NCBI GenBank assembly: GCA_001275005.1
Contig: JWZX01003112.1
Location: 1 to 55,737, forward strand
Source: Chrysochromulina tobinii
Taxonomy: Eukaryota
Direction: 5' to 3'
DNA length: 55,737 bases
Both the position numbers and the translations under genes were made by a program. The stretch's first letter is position 1. Every line of letters starts with the position of its first letter. Under the pieces are notes generated by a model that was not told where the DNA came from, did no database searches, and saw only the letters and a list, made by a program, of their open reading frames with translations. Below, piece by piece: positions 1-11,864 of the stretch.

Positions 1-1442
1 GGCGGCGGAGGCGGCGGAGGCGGCGGCAGCATTGGGGGCGTTGGCGGCGTCGGCAGCTGTGGCATGGCAACGGCGTGCGGTGGCAGCGCCGTGCGATCGA
101 GCGTGACGCCGTCGGCAGGCACCGTCACGGGCGCCGTCTCGGGCGCCGCCTCGGGTCCTTCCCAGCCACGCAGCCCCACCATCGCTGCCGGCGCGCGCGC
201 CCACGACGGCGCTCGACTGAGCGCCCCCTCCGATCGGAATGACCATCGGAAGGACGACGTGATCGTGATCCATGTGTGCGACGATAACCGAAGGATCAAT
301 CGAGATTTCTATTGCTCGCGCGAGCTCCTGCTGCAGGTGATGAGCTCTGATGACACCTGATGGCCACTGAGTGCTGCAGGTGATGAGCTCTGATGACACC
401 TGATGGCACCTGATGGCCACTGAGTGCTGCAGGTGATGAGCTCTGATGACACCTGATGGACTCCTGATGACTCCTGATGGCACCTGATGGCACCGGATGC
501 CCTCTGATGACCTCTGATTGCTCGCACGAGCTCGCTCCTGCTGCCGCAGCACATGGCCTACTTTGCTCCATATTTGGGCGACGATCGGCGCGTCGATGAG
601 ATCGACATCTCCGTCCACTGCGACGTGCACATCTTCGAATGGTTGATGGAGTACATTCATCAGCCGGCCAAGCCGCCCATCCTCGATGCGGGCTCGGTGA
701 TCTCGGTGCTCATCTCGGCGGATTTCCTACAGATGAAGCCGCTGACGAAGCACTGCATCGAGTTCCTCCGCGGAGCCCTCGCTGAAGTGCTTCGCCTCCC
801 GATCGACCTGAGCTGCGTCTCGGACAATCTGCTCGGCGAGCTTGCGCTTCATCTCGAGGCGGACGAGATCGAGAGGCTGCGCGACAAGAAGGACAAGATC
901 GCGTCGAGGTTGTACACACGGAAGCTCGAGGCGCACCTCGCTGATGAGGCGAACACGCTGCACCGGTGCCCGCTCCGCACCCTCTACCGATCGGCCCTCA
1001 TGAATGCCTCTGAGTGCCCTCTGAGTGCTTCTGAGTGGCTTCTTATTACGATCAGATGGGCCTCTGAGTGCCCCCTGAGTGCCCTCTGAGTGCGCTTTTC
1101 ATCAGGTGCGCCTTCTGCAGTCGGATCTTCACATCCCTCCTCTGAGTGCCACTGAGGATCTCTGATTGCCTCCTTCATCAGGTGCGCATTCTGCAGTCGG
1201 ATCTTCACGCCCGCCCAGCGCAACTGGGAGCAATGCCCTCGCGCGCCGCCACTGCTCGACTTCCGTGGCAACGTGATCGCCGAGCATGTGCCCAACCGCC
1301 AATGGGACGTGCATCGGTGGGTCGCGACGGTCCGACGGGCAAAGGGCGGCAGTCGCGAAGCCTATTGGCGGCTGTGGGGACTCACCCACTTCCTTACCTG
1401 TTCGACGTGTGACAGCGCCTTCCCCGTGTGCGAGCTCGACAT
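1..1442 (+). CDS. SANT/BTB domain protein (KIAA1841/SANBR, DUF3342-like), partial at 5' end, C-terminus apparently missing
   Basis: Spliced exons (to 336, 550-965, 1182-~1442) give IVIHVCD..RDFYC, IDISVHCDVHIFEWLMEY, SVISVLISADFLQM, HRCAFCSRIF and YWRLWGLTHFLTCSTC, all typical of this family. GT-AG introns at 337-549 and 966-1181. Confidence 0.8.
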
Positions 1443-1672
1443 GTGCGCGCCCGCCACGGCGCGCCGGTCACGGCGCCCCGCCCACTCGAGCCCGGATGAT
1501 GACCTCTGATTGCCCTCCTGTTCACCTCTGATTGCCCTCCTGATGACCTCTGATTGCTCTCCTGATGACCTCTGATTGCCTCCCTCATCAGGTGCGTGCG
1601 ACCGAGGAGACTCTGATTGCCTCTGATGACCTCTGATTGCCTCTGATGACCTCTGATTGCCTCCCTCATCAG

Positions 1673-2742
1673 GTGCGTGCGACCGAGGAGACTCTGGCGA
1701 TGATGGCGCGTCTAAAGAGGCGCATGGAGACCGAGGACGTTTGGGACCAGACAGCGTACAATGAGGAGATGTGGTACGCCCCGCTCCCTAGTACCTCGGC
1801 AACTCAGCATGCATGTGCTCCCCACGGCGACCCGTTCCGTTCCCCACAGGTACGCCGCGCTCCCCGGCGTGCAGAGCCACGGCGTCTCCGTGCGTGTGAT
1901 GAACTACTTTTGCAACATGAACTCGAAGACGCTCTTCCGCTTCATGCTCGACGACGCAACCCTCATGGCGAGGCACCGGCCAGTCTCCATCCACATCAAC
2001 TACCACCCAGAGAAGCTGCCGCGCATGGAAGATGTCTTCCAGCATTTCTACGGCGCCGCGGACGACGTCGATCTCGGCGCCGGGCTCGGTCTGCCGACGA
2101 AGCGGAACGCGAGCGGCGGGCTGTACGCGTGGCATTGGGGCGTGGGGCTCAAAGCCGGGAAAGCGTGCCGTGAGGCCAGCCGCACTCCGGGGGCCTCGGG
2201 CAGCTCGCTCGCAGAGCGCATCCAGGCAGCGGGCGGCAAGGCAGTCTGGTCGGGGATCAAGGTACTTGGCATCTGATGGCATCTGATGGCATCTGATGGC
2301 ATCTGATGGCATCTGATGGCATCTGATGGCAACTGATGGCAACTGATGGCAACTGATGGCAACTGATGGCAACTGATGGTAACTGATGGCAACTGATGGC
2401 AACTGATGGCAACTGATGGCAACTGATGGCAACTGATGGCAACTGATGGCAACTGATGGCAACTGATGGCAACTGATGGCAACTGATGGTAACTGGTTGC
2501 ATCTGATTTCATCGGATTGTTCCCTTCATCAGGGCCTCCAGTTCCTCTCGGGAGGAACGCTCAAGACGCCGTGGGGAATAGGCCAATGGGGTCGCGTGCG
2601 CAGCATGCCCGGCGACGTGCTCTTTGCGGACTTCATTGGCCAGCAGCATGTGGTGCGCCTGAGCCCTGCAGGCTGGCCCACGCTGGTCTCGACGCGCTGC
2701 GCCGACTTTGAGAACGTCACAGTGACCGTCGAGCAAGGCTGA
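1673..2742 (+). CDS. C-terminal half of an RRA-like arabinosyltransferase (nucleotide-diphospho-sugar transferase, GT77)
   Basis: WDQTAYNEEMWY, MNYFCNMNSKTLF and PVSIHINYHPEKLPRM resemble the plant RRA C-terminal motifs. Introns at 1774-1849 and 2262-2532. No N-terminal exons visible. Confidence 0.75.
1774..1849 (+). mobile_element. 76-nt introner-like intron
   Basis: GT-AG intron with about 9 mismatches in 76 nt to the intron unit at 8224-8299 (-) in DIS3. Confidence 0.7.
2268..2495. repeat. Intronic 10-nt tandem repeat (ATCTGATGGC / AACTGATGGC)n
   Basis: More than 20 visible tandem copies filling the intron. Confidence 0.95.
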
Positions 2743-2880
2743 TGTGCGCGACCGTAAAAGAAATCACGCTAGACGTTTAGAAAGCTGTAGAATTTGTATG
2801 CGGTCCCCAGGCCCTAAGTGACCGTTCACAAGAAAGCCCCACAAAAAATTCGTTGGGAGATCATTCACACGTGAGTTCAC

Positions 2881-3583
2881 ATGAAAGATTCCGTCGCGAT
2901 GCTTGTCAGCTCTTTGACGAGAGCCACAGTTCCTCCGATGCGCACACAGCGTACCGCAGTCGCGATGAGTCGACTACCGGACGAGAGACCGCTGGAAGCA
3001 AAAGTCATCGATCTCGTCATCTCAAGTTTCAGCGTCCTGTTCCTGCCTATCATCGCGGTCGTGGGCCTCTCCCTCGCCGCTGCGACAGGCCGATGGGACG
3101 GTGGCGAGCTCCGAATCGGTGCTCCGTCTCGTGCAGAGCGCATGTCGAAGCCAACGGCCGAAAGGCCCGTGCTCCCTCCCGTTTTGCTTCTCTCGAGCAG
3201 CCAGGATCCGGTGCTCAGTGACCTGCAGGACGGCCCCGCAGCCATGCTATCGAAGCCTGCTGCGGAGCAGCAGCGTCAAGAAGGATTGCAAGCCCTCGAA
3301 GATGAACGCCTGGTCACCTGCAGAGCCTCGCAAGACTTTGATCAGGCATGCCGCTTCGCGGTGCACCAGCGATCCTCCCAGCGTCTTCCTCTCCGCGCGC
3401 TCGTGACGCCCCCCGAACAAACCTTCCCGCGCTCCCCTCCGGACGCAGTGCTTCTTCTTTGGATCCTCCGACGCCATCGACTCCCGGCGCATGATGGAAG
3501 GCTCCGGGTCCCTCTCGTTCTCGCGCCTTGGCGATCCGAGGACGACCGAGTTGCGACCGCCGCTTCGAATCCCGACGTGGTAG
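2881..3583 (+). CDS. Hypothetical protein with one hydrophobic segment
   Basis: ORF from 2881. A probable GC-AG intron at 3346-3448 joins FDQ|CFFFGS and the frame ends IPTW-stop at 3583. Confidence 0.5.
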
Positions 3584-3833
3584 GATCGATTTCGCTTCAG
3601 CGTGGTCGCGTAAATGACGCCGCGATCAGCATGAGAGCGTATTCGAGTCGCACTGTTCGGCTGTGCTTGGGCTTGAACGCGTTTCAACACGCTAAACGCG
3701 CGCAACTCGTCCGAGCGCGGCAGCTCATGTGCGTCTAGCGAGTTCACTCGAGCGGAGTTCGATTATTTCTCAAAAGTGGTGACCGAAGGCGTCGTCGGCA
3801 AGCTCGAAGCTGACCGTGACGCGTTTCACACAT

Positions 3834-5854
3834 TCATGCGAGTTCTCGTGTGGAAGCTATCAGGGTCTCCTTTTCAAGCAAGTAGCGCTGCCACCGGCCG
3901 ACCGCGTAGCCGAGATAGTCAAAGTCGTCTGGCCCGCCTCCGCCGCCGGCGTCAGCCTCGGCCAGCGCTGTGGTGAGCGCCCAGAGGATGTTCCACAGGT
4001 GAGCGACAAGCCCCCAGCCACGCGCCCATTCGGCCACAAGGGCCTCCGACTCGACCTCGACCTCCGCGTCCGAGATCCCAGGGAGGTGAGCGCGCACGTA
4101 CGCGCGCGCAAAGTCGCGTCGGTCGCTCTCGGTGGGTTCACGTTCCCAATCCCACGAGCCATCCTCCTCCACGAAGGCGCATTCAAGGAAGAAGTTGGCG
4201 ACGTCGAACGCACTCGGGCCTACATCGGCAAACTCAGCGTCGATCAGGCGTAAGCTGCCGCCCGCGGCGGCTGGCAGTTGCAGAAGGTTGAGGGCGTGCA
4301 CGTCCTTATGGATGATGGTGCTCTTAGTGGGCGCCACCACACCCTCCTGCGAAACCCATTGCACCTCTGCCATCAGCGCCTTGCGAACGGGCAGAGAGGG
4401 AGGCACGTGCGGGCCCCAATCTCCGTCCAATCTCCGTCCAATCTCCGTCCAATCTCCGGGGAGTGCCGCAGCCCACGCCTCCATTTCGGTCCAAAGTCGA
4501 GCTTTGTCCATCTCGGTCCATCTCGGTCCATCTCCCTCCATCTCGGTCCAAAGTCGAGCTTTGTCCGCATCGTCCACGGCGACGTCAGCGTCGGCCGGCA
4601 GCAACGGGCAGGCGTGCAGCCGACCCATCAGCGCCGCGATCAGTCCCCTGTACGGCGCCTGCATCATCTGAGAAAAGCGCAACGGATGGCCGTCGATCCA
4701 CTCCTCCACGTGGCCATGGCCGCCCTGATGAGGGAGGCAATCAAGCGGATGAGAGAGGCAATCAGAGGCCATCAGTGGATGAGAGAAGTCATTAGAGGCC
4801 ATGAGGTACCTGAGGAGGGAGGCAATCAGAGGCCATCAGAGGCCATCAACGGGCCGTCAGAGGCACTCAGCGGCACTCAGCGGCACAATCAGAGGCCCAC
4901 GCGTACCGGCAGCGCATAGAGCAGCCGCTTGCATAGCGCGCCGTCGGGCGCCACGGCTGCGAGGTGGTCCATCAGCCGGCGCTCGCGCTCGCGGTTCGTC
5001 AGCTTCGCGTTCCCCTCTCCTGTACCGTACAACTTGAGCACGGACCCGCCGCCCGCTAGTCGAAAGCTCACGTTGTTGAGACACCTGCAATCATAATGCA
5101 ATCAGCATGCAATCAGCATGCATTCAGCATGCAATCAGCATGCAATCACGTTGTTGAGACCACCGGCAATGCGAGAGCTCGCGCGGCAGAAATGGCCCTT
5201 GCCGCCGCCTCGAGGAGAGCCGCCGAGGAGGCGCACGACCTGCTCGTGCTGCTCGGCCGTCTCGGGCGATTTGTGCCCGCGCGCGAACACGTCCGCCCTC
5301 ATGTCGTGCGCATGCTGCACGAGCTCGATGGCCGCGTCCGCCGACAGGTCGAGCAGGGCACCAACGAGGCATGCACACACAATGCCCGAGCGGCCGTGGC
5401 CGCCCATGCAGTGGACTAGGAGCACACCGCCCGCCGCGATGCGCGCGAGGCTCTCCTCAAGCAACCCACGCAGCTGCTCGTCATCCGCAACGACGCCATA
5501 ATCCGGGATCGGGAAGTGCTGCCAGCTGATCGGAACGTGCGTCGTCGCATCCGCGTCCGGGTTGCGGGTGCTCACGCCGAGCGGTTGGGCGTGCCGCAAC
5601 TCGCCAGGCGGCAGAGTGCCGAGGTACGGTGGGAGCGAAGGCAGCTCCTCGTAGGGCTGCAGGCACACGATGTGCGAGACACCAGCCTCAAGGACGGCGT
5701 CACGTATCGACAGCCCGAGCGAGGGATCGGAGGCGCCCGGGTAGCCCGCGTGCACGAGCGTGCCGCCGATGAGCCAGTTGGCCGTGGGGAAACCCGGGAT
5801 AGCAGCGGCGCCTGCCTTGTCCTTCCAGTGAGTGTCGGCGTGAGGTGCGGCCAT
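3834..5854 (-). CDS. Dual-specificity phosphatase fused to a choline/ethanolamine kinase-like domain
   Basis: HFPIPD and VHCMGGHGRSG (CX5R) are followed by GGLNNV..VLKLYG, HKDVHALNLL and LIDAEFA..FDVANFFLE. Introns at ~5085-5163 and 4725-4906. Confidence 0.75.
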
Positions 5855-5986
5855 GCGTCGCTTATATGCGAGCCAAAAAAGGAACGAGCATGAAGGCAGT
5901 TACGACTAACCGATTGGGCCTTGCGCCCTGAAACTTGCCATCACGTTTTGTCCAAATTAGGGGGATTCATCGTGGTTCCTTCGCGG

Positions 5987-6737
5987 ATGCTCTCCGATGG
6001 CTCGCCGATGAGCGATCGCGAGTTCCTCGCTGTGCACGGCGTCCAGGAGGCGCTGGCCGCGGCGGTCTCCGAGATTTTAAGCACCCGCCCCTCTAATCCC
6101 ATCCTGGCTATCCGCGACATTCTGATCGCCAAGGAGGCGGCAAGGGCACTCTCAGAGGGCCTCGGCGAGATGGGCACCGACCCCAATTGGCAGTTCAAGT
6201 ACAGCAAGCGCCGAAATGCCTACGGGATGGGGATTTACGCCGAGGTGCGCGTTGCCCACACCGCGCCGTTTGCTTGCGAGTGCCGCGCCGCGGGGAGATG
6301 CGCCACACAACTCGTGCGCCACACAACAGATGCCGACTGCTCGTTCACACGTCCTGCAGGAGGATATTCCAGCGGGATCCCTCGTCTGGCGCTTCGAGCT
6401 TGGCGTGTCCGCGTCCGAGTACTCCACCGAGGAGTGCATGCAAGCCAAGCTCGCGACCCTGTCGGTCGAGGAGGCGACCGAGCTGCTCGACCACACCTAC
6501 GTGAGGCAGGGCCGCATCTTCAATCCACACCTCGATGGGCCGCTCATCAACCACTCACTGGAGCCCAATTGCTCTGTGAGGGCCGGTGACTCGGAGTCGG
6601 GCTCGTATGCGATCCGTGACATCAAGAAGGGTGAGGAGATCACTGAGAACTACAACAGCTACGATGCCAAGAAGGACTGGCCTCGCTGGTACGTCAATCT
6701 GATGGAATCCCACGGCATCATGGATGACTACTACTGA
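5987..6737 (+). CDS. SET-domain protein with an N-terminal Dpy-30/RIIa-like dimerisation motif
   Basis: GMGIYAE|EDIPAG, INHSLEPNC and AIRDIKKGEEITENY. N-terminus FLAVHGVQEALAAAVSEILSTRPSNPI. Intron at ~6246-6359. Confidence 0.85.
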
Positions 6738-7528
6738 GGCCACGGGGCGTCGGCATAGGGCAGTACGTAGCAGTCATATCGAGCTGTCAGCGGCATTGGG
6801 GGTTCGAGAGTTTACGATGTAGTTGAAGTGATCCTGAGTGTTGCATATTGATATTAGTTAGATTCACGTTTGTCGTTTCAACCGCTCGACCGCGCACGGG
6901 ATTTTAATTTGATCGTGCCCGCCCGCGCGCGCCCCCGGCCGGGCGCCCGGGCCGTAACCTCTGGGCGCCACCGTATCAACACTTAAGGTTTTAGAGAGAA
7001 GAGACGGTGCGGAGTGCGAGTCAGGAGACGATCCAGGACCACATCCGCCCCCGCCGCCCCCGGCCGACCGCATTGCGGGTTTGCGGCCGACCCCGCCCGG
7101 CCGGTCCGAATGACGTCGTGTACCGTACTGTGAGTCCGTGGCGCCGCCAGCGGCACGCGAACGACGACGGTCGACGCGGCCGATCAGGCCGGCTAACGTC
7201 ACCGCCGCATCGCATACACATACAGTCCAGTACAGGCTACATCTGCGGGCCTCACCCGTCCGGCAAGCTCCACGCGCCATGGCCACGCGCGCCCCCTGTA
7301 CAGAACGACTCATCGGCTAGTTCACATTCACAGTCACGCATCGGCTAGTTCAGACATCGTCGTGTGACCTGTAGGATTCGTCAATTCGTCAATTCGGTAT
7401 GTGGAGGATCCCTACGACGCGCGTCTTGCGTCTTCGCAACTCCAGCCTGCCGCTTGCGTCGACCGCTTGCGCACTCAGCTCGCCCTACGCCCTGGGCAGT
7501 ACGGGCTAGTTCACATTCACAGCTCGCG

Positions 7529-10500
7529 CTAGGCCCTGGGCAGTACGGGCTCGATGATGGCGAGCTGCAGCTTGGGCCGATGGGCGCGGCTCTGGTCCAC
7601 CGAGATGGCCACGCGCACCTTGTCATAGTCGGAGCGTGGGGAGATGAGGGGGCGCCGTGGTGAGCACTTGCATGCAAGGCAGGTCATCAGTGGCAATCAA
7701 CGCACCTTGTCAAAGGTTCGAAGCGTGCAGCCGGGAGCGATGAGCGCGTCCGTCTTCGCGTCGTACGCAAACGCGCTGCGCTCGCCTCGGGCCGCCACGT
7801 ACACAATCCCCTCGATGCCGTACCTCGGGACCAGAACGACGACGCCATTCTCGCGCACCTGTGGGGAAGGGAGTAGGGCGCCGTGGTGAGCACATGCATG
7901 CACGAGAACGACGACGCCATTCTCGCGCACCTTGATCACGTACGCGTCCTCCTCGGTCGCCTTGGCGCGGAAGAAGATGAGCGTGTGCAGCGCGACCGAA
8001 GCCCGCCCGGCGTGCTGCGCGAGCGTGTGTCGCTGATTGAGGTTGTCAATCAGCTCGGTCGCGGCGCTCGTGTCGAGGGCTTCGCGTGGAACCGCTTCCC
8101 ACTGGATGATGGCCGCGAGGAGCCGGTGCGCCATCTGGTCCGCGTACCTGTGGGGAAGGGAGGAGGGCGCCGTGGTGAGCACCTGCATGCTGAGCTGCCG
8201 AGGTACTGGGGAGCGGGGCGTACCTGTGGGGAAGGGAGGAGGGCGCCGTGGTGAGCACGTGCATGCTGAGCTGCCGAGGTACTAGGGAGCGCGGCGTACC
8301 GGCGGATGGGCGAGGTGAAGTGCGTGTAGATGGGCGCGGCGAGGCCATAGTGCAAGTAGTCGGCGGGGGTGAGCGTGCCCGACGAGAAGTACCGTGCTTG
8401 CTGCATCGAGCGTGTCGCCAGGATGCGCACGAGCTTATTGAAGTACGGATCAGCGGGCTTGGTGCATGCATCGAGCGAGTCCGAGAGCGCGAAGGATGAG
8501 CTCGCATCAAGTTCGAAGCCGTGCGCGCGCAGCGCGTGGTTGAGGCCGTCGAAGGCGCCGGGGGGCGGCGGCGGGTGGCGGCGCAGGATCGCGTGCTGGG
8601 GGAAGGCCTGCGCTATCTGCCTCGCAACTGTGATGTTGGCGAGGAGCATAAACTCTTCGGCCATCGAGTTGGCCTCCTTGAGATTGTACATCGCCACATC
8701 TGTGGGGTCGCGGGTCTCCGAGTCGAGCACGAAGCGCACCTGTGGGGAGACGCGAGGGCGCGCCGTAAGTGAGCACTTGCATGCCGAGGGCCGCGGGTCT
8801 CCGAGTCGAGCACAAAGCGCACCTGTGGGGAGACGCGGGGGCGCGCCGTAGTGAGCACTTGCATGCCGAGGGCCGCGGGTCTCCGAGTCGAGCACGGAAG
8901 CGCACCTCGGGGGACGCGAGGGAGAGGGCACCGCTCGCCGCCCGCTTCGCCTTGAGCGCCTTCGCGAGCCGATTGAGCGTGCGCAGCGACTCGGTCAGAG
9001 GGTCAACGAGACGCGCGTCGTCCATCCGGAGCTGAGCCTGTTCACACGAGAGGGCCGCGACGGATCAGACGCACTCAGACGCACTCAGACGCAATCAGAC
9101 GCAATCAGTGGTCATCACTCTACCTGTTCATACGAGAGCGCCGCGACGGATCGGATGACCGTCTTCGCCACCTTGGTGCTGATCACATTCGCCTCGTGGT
9201 CGACGACCCAGATGACCGAGAAGGCGAGGCGATCGACCTTCTCATGAAGTGAGCAGAGGTCCTCGCCCAGCCGCTTGGGCACCTGTGGGGACGCGGGCGC
9301 GATCGGGTGCAATCAGTACGCCCATCCTATCGTCATCGGATGCAATCAGTGCCCATCCGATCGTCATCGGGTGCAATCAGTGAATATGAAATGGCCATGT
9401 CACTGTGAATATGAAATGGTCGCCACCAGCGAGGCGATCACGCGCGTACCATGTCGATGCGCCGATTGACGAGGTACACGGTCGTGGCTCGTGCGGCCGC
9501 CTCGGCATCGATGGGCGTCCCCGGCCTTGATGAAATGGCCCACGTCCGCAATGTGCACTCCCACCTCGTACCGCGGTGCGCCGTCTTGAGCGCTCGGCAG
9601 CGCGCGCGCATGCAGGGCGTCGTCGATGTCGACGCACCCGGGAGGGTCGACCGAGCACACGAGAGTGTGCCCGTCCTCACGCAGATCCAATCTGCGCGCG
9701 ATCTCGTCCGCCGGGATCGTCCACCCTTTGACCGGTAGGCACGATTGCACCTGCCATCAGCGGATGGGCGCCGTTTCGGTCATGAGGGTGTCACTCAGTG
9801 TCCATCGAGGGCGCTCCACTGCCTTCCGAAGCATCAGCAAGCCATGAAGAACAGGCCATCGGGAGAGCCCCCTCGGACGAGCGCACCTGTGCCGAGAAGG
9901 GCGCGGTGTTAACCTCATGCTCCATCAGGATCGCCTCCGATTCCGCATTCGTATCGCCCACCACCCCGAGAGTGCGCACGTAGTGACCGGTAGGGTAGCG
10001 GTGATCGGGCTCCCAAAAGTCGAGCGCCACCACGAGCAGCTTCCCACCGAGACTCTCCGCCTGGCGCGTGCTGCTCAACGAGGAGAGAGGATGCCACGCG
10101 GGGCCATCAGCATGCAACGCGGGGCCATCAGCATGCGATGAGGGAGGCCATCTGCATGCCACGCGGGGCCATCAGCAAGGGGCAATCAGCATGCAATGAG
10201 GGAGGTCATCAGCATGCAATCCATGGGCCCATTGATGGGCCATTGATGGGGCGCTCGCCTGATGTTGATGCGCGGGACCCGCTGGTCTAGTGGCTCCGCC
10301 AAATAATTGCCCCCGAGCCCACTATCAGGATCGAGCACGCACACGTACGGCCGCCAGCCACGCTTGACCACGCCGACCACCACCCCACACGCCCGCTTGC
10401 CCCTCGAGCCCGCACGCGCGCCGCTGCTGGGCGCCGAGGACCCAGGGCCGCCGCCGCCACTACCGCCGCCGCCACATCCATTGGGCGCCGCGGCGCCTGC

Positions 10501-11613
10501 GCTGCCCATGCTGGCCAGCTCCGTCTGATCGTCTCCCCATCCCGTCTCCACAGCCGTCTCGAGGTCCGCAGCAAAGGGCATCGCGCCCATGTCGCGCTCG
10601 CCAGCGCCGTCCTCCTCATCGTCGTCCGCGGCGGCGAGCGCAGCGCGATCCGCGAGCTTCGAGTCCACTTGATCAGTCCACTCGGCCTCGGGCAACAAAC
10701 GCACCGCCACGATGTCTCCGTCAATGGCGCGATTCAGCGCCTCGTCGCCGCGTAGCAAGATCGAAGTATGCCCCTTCAAGCTGCTCACGAAGACGGCACC
10801 CTGGCGCGAGTTGTGGCGCGAAATGTTGAGCTTGCCTTGATGAAGCTCGCCCGCCGTGAGCCCCGCCTGCAGCTGCGAGAGCGGCAGGTGCGCCACGTAC
10901 CGCACCGCACCCTTTTCCCTTTTCCCGCCGCCGCCGCCGCCGCCGCCGCCACTCTCCTCTCTCGAGCCCCCACCTCCTCCTCCGCCGCCGCCGCCGCCAT
11001 CGGCGGGCGCACTCGCGAGCACATCCATGAGCTCAGCCGCGTCGGCGCGCGCGCGCACGTGCTCATGGATGCTCTCGCACTTTAGCCCAGCGTCCCGCGC
11101 GAGCCGCCGGTTCTCTGCGTCGTTCGTCAGTAAGAGCACCTCGACTCCCGCCTCCTCCCCTAGCTGGGACTGGTACCATTGCGTGGCGACGCGGATGGCG
11201 CGGTCGTTGCGGTCATTGGGCGACTCGCCCGGCCGCCGCGCCACGAACGTCTCGCGGTGGAACTCGTTGCAGAAGACGTGGAAGCGACGCTGCTCGTCGG
11301 CGATGATCGAGCGCAGCCGCTTGTACACCGAGAGCTTGTTGTGACGCACCTCGTCGAGGACGGTCTGCAGCACGATCACGTCCGTAAGCGCCGGCCTCTC
11401 GAGCAGATCGATCTGGTGCAGCACCACGTTCGTGTCGAGCACATAGTAGCGCTCCGCGCCCTCGGAGAGCTTGGGCTCTAAGTCGGGTCCGTCGAGCTGT
11501 GGCGCGCCGGTGGGCAAGTCGTCGCGCAAATACGTCTGGCGCACGTGCGTCTTGACCGCGCCGCGCCGCGTGCGCTTGAGGAAGACCCGGTTCGCTGCGG
11601 AGGCGTGCTCCAT
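7529..11613 (-). CDS. DIS3: Exosome exo/endoribonuclease DIS3/RRP44
   Basis: PIN domain ([27 protein letters not shown]) and RNB domain ([44 protein letters not shown]). About 8 introns. Stop after IEPVLPRA. Confidence 0.95.
8148..8299 (-). mobile_element. Tandem pair of 76-nt introner-like units forming one DIS3 intron
   Basis: Two units, 8224-8299 and 8148-8223, each running GTACGC...CCCCACAG, interrupt the PIRR|YAD motif. Confidence 0.75.
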
Positions 11614-11864
11614 GGAGCGCGCACGGCGTGAGCGTCTGGCCACGAGTCCGCAAGCGCCGGGCTCGTGTTTCGGCGCGTCCACGTCGTCGAAGAGCGGAAC
11701 AGTTTCGGGGCGCTGTGCTGGTTTGTTACAGTCCAAACTTTGAGTCTGTCGGCCTGCGGAAAAGAAGTTTCACGTTAACGTTGAATGTACATATCGCCAC
11801 TAAAAATTTATAAAAACTCCAGCAATTGAACTCCAGGCCACTAAGTCCCACTACCTTTCTCTTT

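Noticed and set aside
1788..2512. ORFs with SCHQLPSVAI repeats
   Set aside because: They are translations of an intronic 10-nt minisatellite on the opposite strand.
6780..7520. Short repeats (GGCTAGTTCACATTCACAG) and GC-rich palindromes suggesting an RNA gene or MITE
   Set aside because: No tRNA/rRNA signature, terminal inverted repeats or target-site duplication could be established.
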